A stretch of 64,000 bases of DNA from an uncultured Planctomycetales bacterium. GTDB taxonomy: Bacteria; Omnitrophota; Gorgyraeia; Gygaellales; Profunditerraquicolaceae. Made by a program: the position numbers and the translations under genes. The DNA is taken from contig CAZRVK010000009.1 of NCBI GenBank assembly GCA_964603585.1, positions 7,319 to 71,318 of the forward strand. Direction: 5' to 3'. Positions 11,710-20,594 of this stretch are shown one piece after another (the first letter of the stretch is position 1; every line of letters begins with the position of its first letter). Below the pieces are notes generated by a model. The model ran no database searches. It had not been told where the DNA came from and saw only the letters and a list, made by a program, of their open reading frames with translations.

Positions 11710-13348
11710 ATGGCGCGCTTCTTACGAAACGGGCGCCAAACCAGCTTGTACGCCCCGTTCCCGGATTGTCAGCCCGGTAAGAAATAAACCCGGTCGAGGT
11801 AGGGCTTTCCCAGCTGTTCCCGCGGAAACCGCGATTACCCGGAGGATCATAATAAACGCTATTATAAGCTCCCCCCGCATACCCGGGCCAATCAGTATTA
11901 TTGGCATAACCAGAAGTGGTTAAACTGCCGTCACCATGCGTGCCTTCAAAAGCCCGGTCAGTAGAATTACCGACCGTAACTGAACGTTCATAGACATTGC
12001 CGGCTAACTCCATATTACCATAATAACCTGCACCGGATTCCGCCCGGGTAGAATTTGCAGTAGCAAGAATTCCCGACCGCACAGGTCCACTGCCACCGTC
12101 GCCGCCGTCAAACCCTGTGAAACCTTCATTAGACATTATAACATTTGCCCCGGGATTAGCTATCGTCTCCGTACCATCCTCACTGCCAGAAATAGAAGTT
12201 GCTATAACAAGACTGCCCGTGCCATCTACTGTATCGCCTCGAAAAGCAGCATCTGGGCCGCGGGAGGCCTTTTCAAACTCCAGTTCGGTCATCGGCCGCA
12301 ATCCCGCCCAATCCGCATAAGCACAAAGATCCATCCAAGAGAGATAATTGCATGCCCTGTTCGGCCGGGTGGTCGCAGCATCCCCGCTTGACCAGGAAAT
12401 AGTATTACGATTAACTACGCTATCGCTGTTTTTACCGTTTACCCCGGTAAGATCACGGGCAGACTTTTGAGTAGCGGTTAAGCTGTTAAAGAAATCCACC
12501 CACTGGCCTTCAGTCACTTCATATTTCATCAAGTAAAATGCATTATACCCGGTAGGGAAATTAGCATTGTCAATACTTCCATCATTATTGGTATCCAAAC
12601 CAGACCATACCCCTGAACCGCCAATACCAATCCCTGTATTGATAAGCTGTGAATCATCTCCGAATCCGGAAGCAACACGTATATTCCTGGTTAAAGAAGT
12701 GCCGATCACTACTCCGGAATTACTTGTCCCGGAATGAAAAGCTCCTTGACTCTCACCATCCCCATCGCCATCACCAAGATAAAAACTGCCAGCCGGGATA
12801 TACACCATCTCTATTGCATAAACTTTTACGCGCGCGGAAGTGTCCGCAGATAAACCATTCTGGCCCCAGTTCCATTTTAACCCCACAAAAGCCGCGCTCA
12901 CTTGTCCGGCTCCCGCGCTATTTCTCTGAATAAACGCCCCCATCCCACGGATATTTCCGCCAACCGTACTCGTGCCAACCTTTACTTCATAAGGAGGATC
13001 ACAAGTATGATCCGAACCGGTGGTGGACAGATATGCATGATGCCAGGTACTGCCGGAGTCAGTGGAATATTTCGCGAATACCCAGACTGCATCATAATTG
13101 ACCTCATTGCGCCAGGAATTATTCCAGGAAAGTTCAAAACCTATCCTGGCAGTTTGATTAACACTATCTTGATCACTTATAAAAATCGCACCACTATCGA
13201 TGGTGAGGTTATTGGCAAAACTTTGCCCAAAAGGAAGGGAACAAAAAATCAAAGCTATCCCCATCAGAATAATATACAATTTATAAATTTGTTTTAACGC
13301 ACTCATTAAACTCATAAGTTTTGTACTTATACTCCCTTCCACGATCAT
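11708..13348 (-). CDS. secreted FGE-sulfatase (SUMF1/DUF323) C-type-lectin-fold domain protein, paralog 1
   Basis: Sec signal peptide (cleavage about SFA/NN) and an N-terminal beta-rich domain. The FGE-type domain runs from IEMVYIPAGSFYLGDG through RPMTELEFEKASRG and GNMELAGNVYE to RGNSW and GARFVRSAP at the C-terminus. It is very rich in Ser, Thr, Gly and Asn. Confidence 0.7.
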   Translation of the reverse strand: MIVEGSISTKLMSLMSALKQIYKLYIILMGIALIFCSLPFGQSFANNLTIDSGAIFISDQDSVNQTARIGFELSWNNSWRNEVNYDAVWVFAKYSTDSGSTWHHAYLSTTGSDHTCDPPYEVKVGTSTVGGNIRGMGAFIQRNSAGAGQVSAAFVGLKWNWGQNGLSADTSARVKVYAIEMVYIPAGSFYLGDGDGDGESQGAFHSGTSNSGVVIGTSLTRNIRVASGFGDDSQLINTGIGIGGSGVWSGLDTNNDGSIDNANFPTGYNAFYLMKYEVTEGQWVDFFNSLTATQKSARDLTGVNGKNSDSVVNRNTISWSSGDAATTRPNRACNYLSWMDLCAYADWAGLRPMTELEFEKASRGPDAAFRGDTVDGTGSLVIATSISGSEDGTETIANPGANVIMSNEGFTGFDGGDGGSGPVRSGILATANSTRAESGAGYYGNMELAGNVYERSVTVGNSTDRAFEGTHGDGSLTTSGYANNTDWPGYAGGAYNSVYYDPPGNRGFRGNSWESPTSTGFISYRADNPGTGRTSWFGARFVRSAP

Positions 13349-13417
13349 TTAGCAAAACCATACGGAGGAATTATCAGATCAAGAAATATGTACGGGTTAA
13401 ATCATGCAAAATCTTTA

Positions 13418-15097
13418 TTACGGATAACTTCTAACAAACCGGCCGCCCAACCACTGCGGCGAAGGAGTCACAGCTTTTCCATCCTCCGAACCAGGATAAA
13501 AACGAGTAGAAAGGCCGGTCAAATAAAAAACTCCTCCGGTCGATGTCCATAAACTCGTTTCTCCACTACCCCCGCGATCGCCTCCTGAAAGATCACTGGC
13601 AACGCCACTGCCGCTTACATACCCCGGCCAATCAGTATTCGTACCATATCCATTGGTAGTTAAACTGCCGTCTCCATGCGTGCCTTCAAAAGCCCGGTTA
13701 GTGGTGTTACCCACACTGACTGACCGCTCGTATACATTGCCGGCTAACTCCATATTCCCGTAATAACCTGCTCCGGCAACTGCCCGGGTAGAATTAGAAA
13801 CAGAAAATATTCCTGCACGCAATGGCCCAGTGCCGCCATCTCCGCCGCTGTAAACCGCAGGAGAAAAACCTCCCGCCAGCTGATAAACAGCAAACACCGC
13901 ATCACCTCCGCCGCTGACGGTTTCCGTGCCGTTCTCACTGCCGGAAATCGTCTGTGCAGAAGTTACAGCCGTCGTGCCAAAGACCGTCTGATTAGCCAAG
14001 GTACTGCTGGCTCCCCGGGAAGCTTTTTCAAATTCCAGTTCGGTCATCGGCCGCAACCCTGCCCAGTCCGCATAAGCGCAAAGGTCTGCCCAGGAAAGAT
14101 AATTGCATACCCTGTCTGAACGGGTAGTAGTGGCCGAACCCGATCCCGGCCAGGCAATGGTATTACGATAAACCGTGCTCTGGCTATTCTTGCCGTTAAT
14201 ACCGGTTATATCCCTGGCAGATTTCTGTGCGTCGGTTAAACTATTAAAGAAATCCACCCATTGCCCTTCTGTAATTTCATACTTCATCATATAAAACGGA
14301 TTATACCCCGTAGGAAAACTGGCATTATCGATCGTTCCGTCATTATTGGTGTCTAGGCCTGACCAAACGCCTGATCCACCGATACCAATACCTGAATCAG
14401 TTAATTGGGAATCATCACCTGGTGCCGTCCGCTCAACACTTATATTCCTGGTTAAAGATGTCCCGATTAACGCAGGGGTTGTAGAGCTTAAAGTACAAAA
14501 AGCCCCCGGGCTTGCCCCATCGCCAATATAGAATCCCCCTGCCGGGACATAAACCATTTCTATAGCATAAACTTTTACGCGCGCGGAAGTAGTGGCGGAT
14601 AAACCGTTCTGGCCCCAGTTCCATTTTAACCCCACGAAAGCCGCGCTCACTTGTCCGGCTCCCGCGCTATTTCTCTGAATAAACGCCCCAATCCCGCGGG
14701 TATTTCCGCCAACCGTACTCGTGCCAACCTTTACTTCATAAGGAGGATCACAAGTATGATCCGAACCGGTGGTGGACAGATATGCATGATGCCAGGTACT
14801 GCCGGAGTCAGTGGAATATTTCGCGAATACCCAGACTGCATCATAATTGACCTCATTGCGCCAGGAATTATTCCAGGAAAGTTCAAAACCTATCCTGGCA
14901 GTTTGATTAACACTATCTTGATCATCTATAATAACCGCGCCACTATCGATGGTGAGGTTATTGGCAAAACTTTGCCCCAAAGGAAGAAAGCAAAAAATCA
15001 AAGCTGTTCCACCCAGGATAAAACGCAACTTATAAATTTGTTTTAGCGCATTCATTAAACTCATAAGTTTTGTACTTATACTCCCTTCCACAATCAT
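13418..15097 (-). CDS. secreted FGE-sulfatase-domain protein, paralog 2
   Basis: The 5' part (about 400 nt) and the upstream intergenic region are nearly identical to paralog 1. The C-terminal 60-70 aa diverges, including indels. Confidence 0.7.
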   Translation of the reverse strand: MIVEGSISTKLMSLMNALKQIYKLRFILGGTALIFCFLPLGQSFANNLTIDSGAVIIDDQDSVNQTARIGFELSWNNSWRNEVNYDAVWVFAKYSTDSGSTWHHAYLSTTGSDHTCDPPYEVKVGTSTVGGNTRGIGAFIQRNSAGAGQVSAAFVGLKWNWGQNGLSATTSARVKVYAIEMVYVPAGGFYIGDGASPGAFCTLSSTTPALIGTSLTRNISVERTAPGDDSQLTDSGIGIGGSGVWSGLDTNNDGTIDNASFPTGYNPFYMMKYEITEGQWVDFFNSLTDAQKSARDITGINGKNSQSTVYRNTIAWPGSGSATTTRSDRVCNYLSWADLCAYADWAGLRPMTELEFEKASRGASSTLANQTVFGTTAVTSAQTISGSENGTETVSGGGDAVFAVYQLAGGFSPAVYSGGDGGTGPLRAGIFSVSNSTRAVAGAGYYGNMELAGNVYERSVSVGNTTNRAFEGTHGDGSLTTNGYGTNTDWPGYVSGSGVASDLSGGDRGGSGETSLWTSTGGVFYLTGLSTRFYPGSEDGKAVTPSPQWLGGRFVRSYP

Positions 15098-15166
15098 TTA
15101 GCAAAACCATACGGAGGAATTATCGAGTCAGGAAATATGTGCAGGTTTAATTATGGAAAATCTTTA

Positions 15167-16807
15167 TTAAGGATAACTTCTGACAAAACGGGCGCCATAC
15201 CAGGCTTCTTCCGGAGCATAATCACCCTCATCCGCAGAATTAATATATTTACGTGTAGAAAGCCCGCTCTGTAATCTATAATCCGGGGTTGAAGTATACA
15301 GAAGATTACTCCCACTTCCACCCCGTAATCCAGTAGTAATACTGCCCGTAACGCCACTGCCGCTTACATACCCCGGCCAATCAGTATTCGTACCATATCC
15401 ATTGGTAGTTAAACTGCCGTCTCCATGCGTGCCCTGAAAAGCCCGGTTAGTGGTGTTACCGACACTGACTGACCGCTCGTATACATTGCCGGCTAACTCC
15501 ATATTCCCGTAGTAGCCTGCTCCGGCAACTGCCCGGGTAGAATTAGAAACAGAAAATATCCCAGCGCGCAATGGCCCGATGCCTCCATCGCCGCCATAAA
15601 AAGTTACGGAATAACACCTTTCTCCGCTAATACAAGTAGCAAAAAGGGCGTTGCCTACACCACTGATAGTTTCAGTACCGTTCTCACTGCCGGAAATCGT
15701 CTGTGCAACCGTAATATCACTGCCGGAAACTGTTTGGCCAGCCGAATAAGTACTTGGACCGCGGGAAGCTTTTTCAAATTCCAGTTCGGTCATCGGCCGC
15801 AATCCTGCCCAGTCCGCATAGGCACAAAGATCCGCCCAGGAAAGATAATTGCATACCCTATCAGGACGGGTAGTAGTGGCATTGCCCGATCCCGGCCAGG
15901 CAATGGTATTACGATAAACCGTACTCTGGCTGTTCTTGCCGTTAATACCGGTTATATCCCTGACAGATTTCTGTGCGTCGGTTAAACTATTAAAAAAATC
16001 CACCCATTGCCCTTCGGTCACTTCATACTTCATCATATAGAATGGATTATACCCAGTGGGAAAACTGGCATTATCGATCGTTCCGTCATTATTGGTGTCC
16101 AAACCTGACCAAACGCCGGAACCGCCCACACCAATACCTGAAGTATCTAATTGAGAATCATCCCCTGGAGCTGCCTGTTCAACAATTATATCCCTGGTTA
16201 AAGATGTCCCGATTAACGCAGGGGTGGTAGAACCTAATTTACAAAAAGCCCCCGGGCTTGATCCATCTCCAATATAAAAACTTGCGGCCGGGATATACAC
16301 CATTTCAATAGCATAAACTTTCACGCGCGCGGAAGTAGTAGCGGATAAACCGTTCTGGCCCCAATTCCACCTTAAACCGACAAAAACACTGTTGATTGTT
16401 CCCGTTCCGGCAGCATTTCTTTGAACAAATACCCCCATCCCGCGGGTATTTCCACCAACGGTGCTTGTGCCAACCTTAACTTCGAGAGGATAATCACAAT
16501 CATGATCCGAGTTGGTAGTAGAAAGATAAGCATGATGCCAGGTGTTCCCTGAATCAGTAGAGTATTTTACGAAAACCCAGGCGGCATCATAATTGATCTC
16601 ATTACGCCAGGAATTGTCCCAGGTAATTTCAAAACCCACTCTGGCAGTTTGATTGGCTGTATCTTGTTCATCTATACTAACGTAAGAACTCTCTATTATA
16701 AGATTATTGGCAAAAGCCTGATTAGAAAGAACAACCCAGAAAATAAAGATTGCTCCAAACAAGACACACCGGTGCCTGGATCGCCATTTAGCTGTAGTCA
16801 TAAGCAA
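15167..16807 (-). CDS. secreted FGE-sulfatase-domain protein, paralog 3
   Basis: Same architecture with a different signal peptide. It has its own promoter. Confidence 0.7.
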   Translation of the reverse strand: MLMTTAKWRSRHRCVLFGAIFIFWVVLSNQAFANNLIIESSYVSIDEQDTANQTARVGFEITWDNSWRNEINYDAAWVFVKYSTDSGNTWHHAYLSTTNSDHDCDYPLEVKVGTSTVGGNTRGMGVFVQRNAAGTGTINSVFVGLRWNWGQNGLSATTSARVKVYAIEMVYIPAASFYIGDGSSPGAFCKLGSTTPALIGTSLTRDIIVEQAAPGDDSQLDTSGIGVGGSGVWSGLDTNNDGTIDNASFPTGYNPFYMMKYEVTEGQWVDFFNSLTDAQKSVRDITGINGKNSQSTVYRNTIAWPGSGNATTTRPDRVCNYLSWADLCAYADWAGLRPMTELEFEKASRGPSTYSAGQTVSGSDITVAQTISGSENGTETISGVGNALFATCISGERCYSVTFYGGDGGIGPLRAGIFSVSNSTRAVAGAGYYGNMELAGNVYERSVSVGNTTNRAFQGTHGDGSLTTNGYGTNTDWPGYVSGSGVTGSITTGLRGGSGSNLLYTSTPDYRLQSGLSTRKYINSADEGDYAPEEAWYGARFVRSYP

Positions 16808-16835
16808 GCATATTGAAATGCGTGTATTATCTATA

Positions 16836-16863
16836 AGTATAAACTTACCTCTTAATTTGTCAA
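16836..16863 (-). promoter_or_regulatory. sigma70-type promoter for paralog 3 (TTGACA, 16 nt spacer, TATACT)
   Basis: On the minus strand: ATTGACAAATTAAGAGGTAAGTTTATACTTATAG. Confidence 0.5.
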
Positions 16864-16880
16864 TATTAATAGATAAAATC

Positions 16881-18605
16881 TTACTGCGAAAGATCCTCTA
16901 AGATCTGGGGCAAATCTCCCTGCTTAATCAATTTCTTAAAGTATAGTTTTTTGGCGATATTGGCTCTTTTTTTTACGATTCTTTCTGAACGGTCCCAAAC
17001 AGTAAACTGCCTGGGATTAGGCAGTATCACTGCCAAACGGATCGCCTCGGGCATGGTTAAATCCGATGCCGGCTTATTAAAATAAACCTGCGCAGCAGAT
17101 CCTGCCCCATAGATCCCATTCCCCCACTCCACAATATTCAGATAAAGCTCGAGAATTCGGTTTTTTGATAAGGATCTTTCCAACTTATACGCAATAATCA
17201 TCCCCCGTATTTTCCGAATGATACTTTTTGACGGGTTAAGAAATAGGTTTTTTGCCAACTGTTCGGTGATCGTTGAAGCACCTGAAGTAATTTTTTTCTC
17301 TGAAACCACCCTCCTTAACGCCCAATCAAAACTCTCCCAATCAAACCCTCTGTGATCAAAAAAATTACGATCCTCGGCAACAACCACCGCATCAACCAGG
17401 TTCTGGGATATCTGGCTTAAAGGTGTATATTGCCACTGGATAAGATATGGCTTATCCAGATTGGCTGCTTCATTATTGCGGATACGCATCAAAGCAGTCT
17501 CTGAAGGATTCCTCTCTTTCAACCAGGAAATATCCGGAGTGAAAAACCAGAACAATAATGACATAAAAACAATAACAGCAAATAAACAAGCTATCCCCAT
17601 TAACACTTTTCTTCGTAAGATTTTTAATGAATACTTTTCATCTGCACCGCTTGCGCTTGCGTTAACCCCCATAATAAAACCGCACAACAGGCAAAAAAAC
17701 ATATAAAAATTGCTCTTATAAAGTAATGCCCCCCGGTTCAACTCAATTAAAATCACGGCAAGAATCAATATACCGGCAAGTAAAGCTTGTTTTTTATTAT
17801 CCTGCGTGATCCGGATAAACCCTGAAATACCGCGTTTAAATAACGCAGATACCAGGACAATAAATCCTGATAGCCCGATCAAACCGGTTTCTATCAATAA
17901 GCTAAGGTACATATTATTCATTGCAGATTTAGACACCCATCCGCGTTTAAAAGGATAATATTGATCGAAAACATACCCGTACCTGTCCAGCCCCACCCCT
18001 ACAAAAGGATAATCTTTGAATATCTCCAAAGACATCTCCATCTGCAGGGGTCGGTACGGATAAAAAATATCCCGGTTAAACACTCCCGGGAAGAAATGAC
18101 TTATTGCTATTGCCATCAATAATACGACGGAGGAAATAATGAAGCTTTTATACCGCTTATTCGCCAAAAGATAAACCAGCACCGCAGTGATCAGTATCAA
18201 AACCATCTGCTTGCCGATAAAAGCGGCTAACCCTCCGGAGAGCAAGAAAACCTTAATGGCAAGACGTCTATCTTCATCTGAAAAGGACAAAGATTTACCG
18301 ATGTAAAAAAGAAAGAACATGTTCGTAGATAGGTCAAGGTATATGCCTAAGGCCAGGTCTTTTCTTGACACCGGAAAAAGGCAGGCGCAAAGGCCTATTA
18401 TGAATAACCACACCGGCCAATCAGACAACGTAACCAAGCCCGGCGCTTCTTTTTTGGCAGGCAATAAATAACAAAAAAAAGCAAGTAAGAATAACTTTAC
18501 CAAGAGCACATATTCTTTTTGCACTTGTAAAGGAACAAAGAAAATCAAAATAAAAAGGGAACTGATAAAAAAAAGGTTTTTAGGTATATTTATCTTTATC
18601 GGCAT
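16881..18605 (-). CDS. polytopic membrane domain (O-antigen-ligase/Wzy-like, unverified) fused to a GT51 peptidoglycan transglycosylase (MtgA-like) domain
   Basis: About 10 TM helices in the first 340 aa. The C-terminal domain carries GT51 motifs: EDRNFFDHRGFD, GASTITEQLAKN, RKIRGMIIAYKLE, and a GxG motif. Confidence 0.65.
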   Translation of the reverse strand: MPIKINIPKNLFFISSLFILIFFVPLQVQKEYVLLVKLFLLAFFCYLLPAKKEAPGLVTLSDWPVWLFIIGLCACLFPVSRKDLALGIYLDLSTNMFFLFYIGKSLSFSDEDRRLAIKVFLLSGGLAAFIGKQMVLILITAVLVYLLANKRYKSFIISSVVLLMAIAISHFFPGVFNRDIFYPYRPLQMEMSLEIFKDYPFVGVGLDRYGYVFDQYYPFKRGWVSKSAMNNMYLSLLIETGLIGLSGFIVLVSALFKRGISGFIRITQDNKKQALLAGILILAVILIELNRGALLYKSNFYMFFCLLCGFIMGVNASASGADEKYSLKILRRKVLMGIACLFAVIVFMSLLFWFFTPDISWLKERNPSETALMRIRNNEAANLDKPYLIQWQYTPLSQISQNLVDAVVVAEDRNFFDHRGFDWESFDWALRRVVSEKKITSGASTITEQLAKNLFLNPSKSIIRKIRGMIIAYKLERSLSKNRILELYLNIVEWGNGIYGAGSAAQVYFNKPASDLTMPEAIRLAVILPNPRQFTVWDRSERIVKKRANIAKKLYFKKLIKQGDLPQILEDLSQ

Positions 18606-20329
18606 TGTTTTATACTAAGCTCCAGCAACTTTATCCCCAATGTACGCTCATCGCCATTGCCGGGTTTTTTTATGATAGGCGCCTCAAAAGTGATATTATT
18701 GATCTGGTTGAACCTAATCATCCCTGCGTCAAATACCAGGGATTGCCTTTTTGAGCGATTTCCAACTGTCAAGTTGCCAATCAATCGATTATTCAGAAAA
18801 ACACTGACAACCTGGTTTACCAAGGATTCAGCGTGAATAACCAGGGCATACTCCCTGCAATCATCTTCTTTATCTTTAAGCCTCAATAAAAGCACGGATC
18901 TTTTTGCCAGGCTCCAGCGGTATCTGGCATTCGGCCATGACCAGCCCTCGACAAATATCGCCTGGCTGTAACCATCAAGCCCTATCCGTTCATTCATTTT
19001 GTATTCCCGCATTGTTTTCTTTAACTGCGGATAATAACTCTGGTAATTACCGCCCAACCTCGTGCCGCGTAAAAACTGGATATCCTGCAAATTCCAGGCC
19101 CTCTCCTGGTTATAGTTAATATCATTTGGCTCCCAGTTCCATTTCCATACCTCCCAATCAGTCGCCCCGCGGTAATGCACAAAGAAACTGAATGCCAAAA
19201 ACAGCCAAAAAATTAGTCCCGCCAACATCCGCTTTTTATTTTTCCGGCTGAATATTAAAGGGATAACCGGGATAATGAAATAAATAAAAAAAGGAATTAT
19301 ATCCGAAATATAACGCGAGCCAAAAGATGCGCCGGCACACCAATAAGGGATAAGGGAAGCCGCCAGCCAATACAGAAGCATCGTTATCAGCACAAAATAA
19401 TCCAAACGTCCAAACTTAGCGCTTTTTATTTTCAGATAAATCCCCAGAATAGAAAATAAGAGTATGGGGGAAAAAATAAATATCCCCCGGGAAGGGCTGA
19501 CCAAATGGCCAAGCAGCCTCACAAAAAAACCCGCATCGACCCCGGTTTTTCTATAAAGATAATACTTCGGCAGGATCGCTCCATATATATTCAAGTTATG
19601 GATAAAAAACAAGCCGATAATTACCGTCAGCCAAAAGAAATAATACAACGCGTATTTCCGGTAAGAGAACAAGATAAATATCGAGAAAATACCGATGACG
19701 ATAATGTTCGTTGGCCTGACTAAATAGGAAAAGGCCAGGGTGATCCCCGCAAATTGCGCTAAGTACGGTTTTTTGCGCGCTAACACAAATAGGTACAAAG
19801 TTAAAGCCAAAAACAGCATTGACGGCCCGTGCTGCCATAAGGCCCGCGTGCCGATCGACCAGGCAGAGGTACAGAAACTAAAAATAAAAGTAACCAGCAA
19901 TGCCTGGATCTTATTGATAAATTGGCTCGCCAAAAGGTAAATTAAAGCCGCGCATAAAGCAATAATGCATGATGCAATCAGGCGCTCTATCTGTTCATAA
20001 TATTCGGTAAGGTCAAGATCCCAGAAACGATTGAAGATATAAACAAATGGCACAGCAACCAGAGATACCCCAAGAGGGAATATCGTATAGAAATGTCCCC
20101 GGGAGTTTATAATAGTCCAGCCGCCGTGGGTTCGAGAAAGGATTGTGGAGTAATCGATGTATTCATCCAGGTCGGTATTGCCTTCTTTAAGGAGGCTAGT
20201 TGCGGTATGTATTGTCCAGCTGGAATCCCAGGCAGTTGTAATAGGTAATCTTGCATTAATCAATGTTACGCATATGCTGATTGCCAGGGCGATAACAAGA
20301 TTACTGGTAACAAGCCTCTTAATTGTCAT
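18596..20329 (-). CDS. GT-C fold membrane glycosyltransferase (ArnT/PMT-like, family uncertain)
   Basis: About 11 TM helices plus a C-terminal extracytoplasmic domain. The ORF track begins at TTG 20368, but an ATG at 20329 (MTIKRLVTS...) sits 6 nt after a TGGTATAAT element. This suggests a leaderless start. Confidence 0.55.
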   Translation of the reverse strand: MTIKRLVTSNLVIALAISICVTLINARLPITTAWDSSWTIHTATSLLKEGNTDLDEYIDYSTILSRTHGGWTIINSRGHFYTIFPLGVSLVAVPFVYIFNRFWDLDLTEYYEQIERLIASCIIALCAALIYLLASQFINKIQALLVTFIFSFCTSAWSIGTRALWQHGPSMLFLALTLYLFVLARKKPYLAQFAGITLAFSYLVRPTNIIVIGIFSIFILFSYRKYALYYFFWLTVIIGLFFIHNLNIYGAILPKYYLYRKTGVDAGFFVRLLGHLVSPSRGIFIFSPILLFSILGIYLKIKSAKFGRLDYFVLITMLLYWLAASLIPYWCAGASFGSRYISDIIPFFIYFIIPVIPLIFSRKNKKRMLAGLIFWLFLAFSFFVHYRGATDWEVWKWNWEPNDINYNQERAWNLQDIQFLRGTRLGGNYQSYYPQLKKTMREYKMNERIGLDGYSQAIFVEGWSWPNARYRWSLAKRSVLLLRLKDKEDDCREYALVIHAESLVNQVVSVFLNNRLIGNLTVGNRSKRQSLVFDAGMIRFNQINNITFEAPIIKKPGNGDERTLGIKLLELSIKQCR

Positions 20330-20335
20330 TTTTAG

Positions 20336-20364
20336 ATTATACCACCCTGGCTTAACCTTGATAA
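20336..20364 (-). promoter_or_regulatory. promoter with TTATCA, 17 nt spacer and extended -10 TGGTATAAT; likely leaderless mRNA
   Basis: On the minus strand TTATCAAGGTTAAGCCAGGGTGGTATAATCTAAAAATG, so the ATG lies at about +1. Confidence 0.5.
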
Positions 20365-20594
20365 GCAATTTATAGCAATAAGGGTTTAAACATCTCTAAT
20401 ACCGCTTCAAGCATAAAAAAACTGAACGGTTAAGTCCAGGCGGGGAAAATACTACCCTAAAAGTGGTTAATGGCAGTTCAACTCCCAAGGCCTTTTTTAA
20501 ATATCCGGCTGTAACAAAAAACCAACAGGCTCAAAATAAATACCCAAGAGATAATCATGAACATCCCGCCGCTAAATGTCATCTGGCCCCCCGC

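Larger units (their letters stand above)
11708..16880 (-). repeat. tandem triplication (about 1.7 kb units) of FGE-domain genes
   Basis: Three head-to-tail paralogs. The intergenic segments 13349-13417 and 15098-15166 are near-identical. Antisense ORFs 12902-13297 and 14651-15046 are almost identical at the protein level, which reflects nucleotide identity. Confidence 0.85.

Noticed and set aside
12902-13297. 131-aa plus-strand ORF, nearly identical to the one at 14651-15046
   Set aside because: Antisense to the FGE-domain paralogs. The identity simply mirrors the nucleotide-level repeat of the minus-strand genes. There is no independent coding evidence.
14651-15046. 131-aa plus-strand ORF, twin of the one at 12902-13297
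   Set aside because: Same reason: an antisense artefact of the tandem duplication.
11708-16807. Diversity-generating retroelement acting on the FGE-domain C-termini
   Set aside because: Differences include indels and are not adenine-restricted. No reverse transcriptase or template repeat is present in the window.
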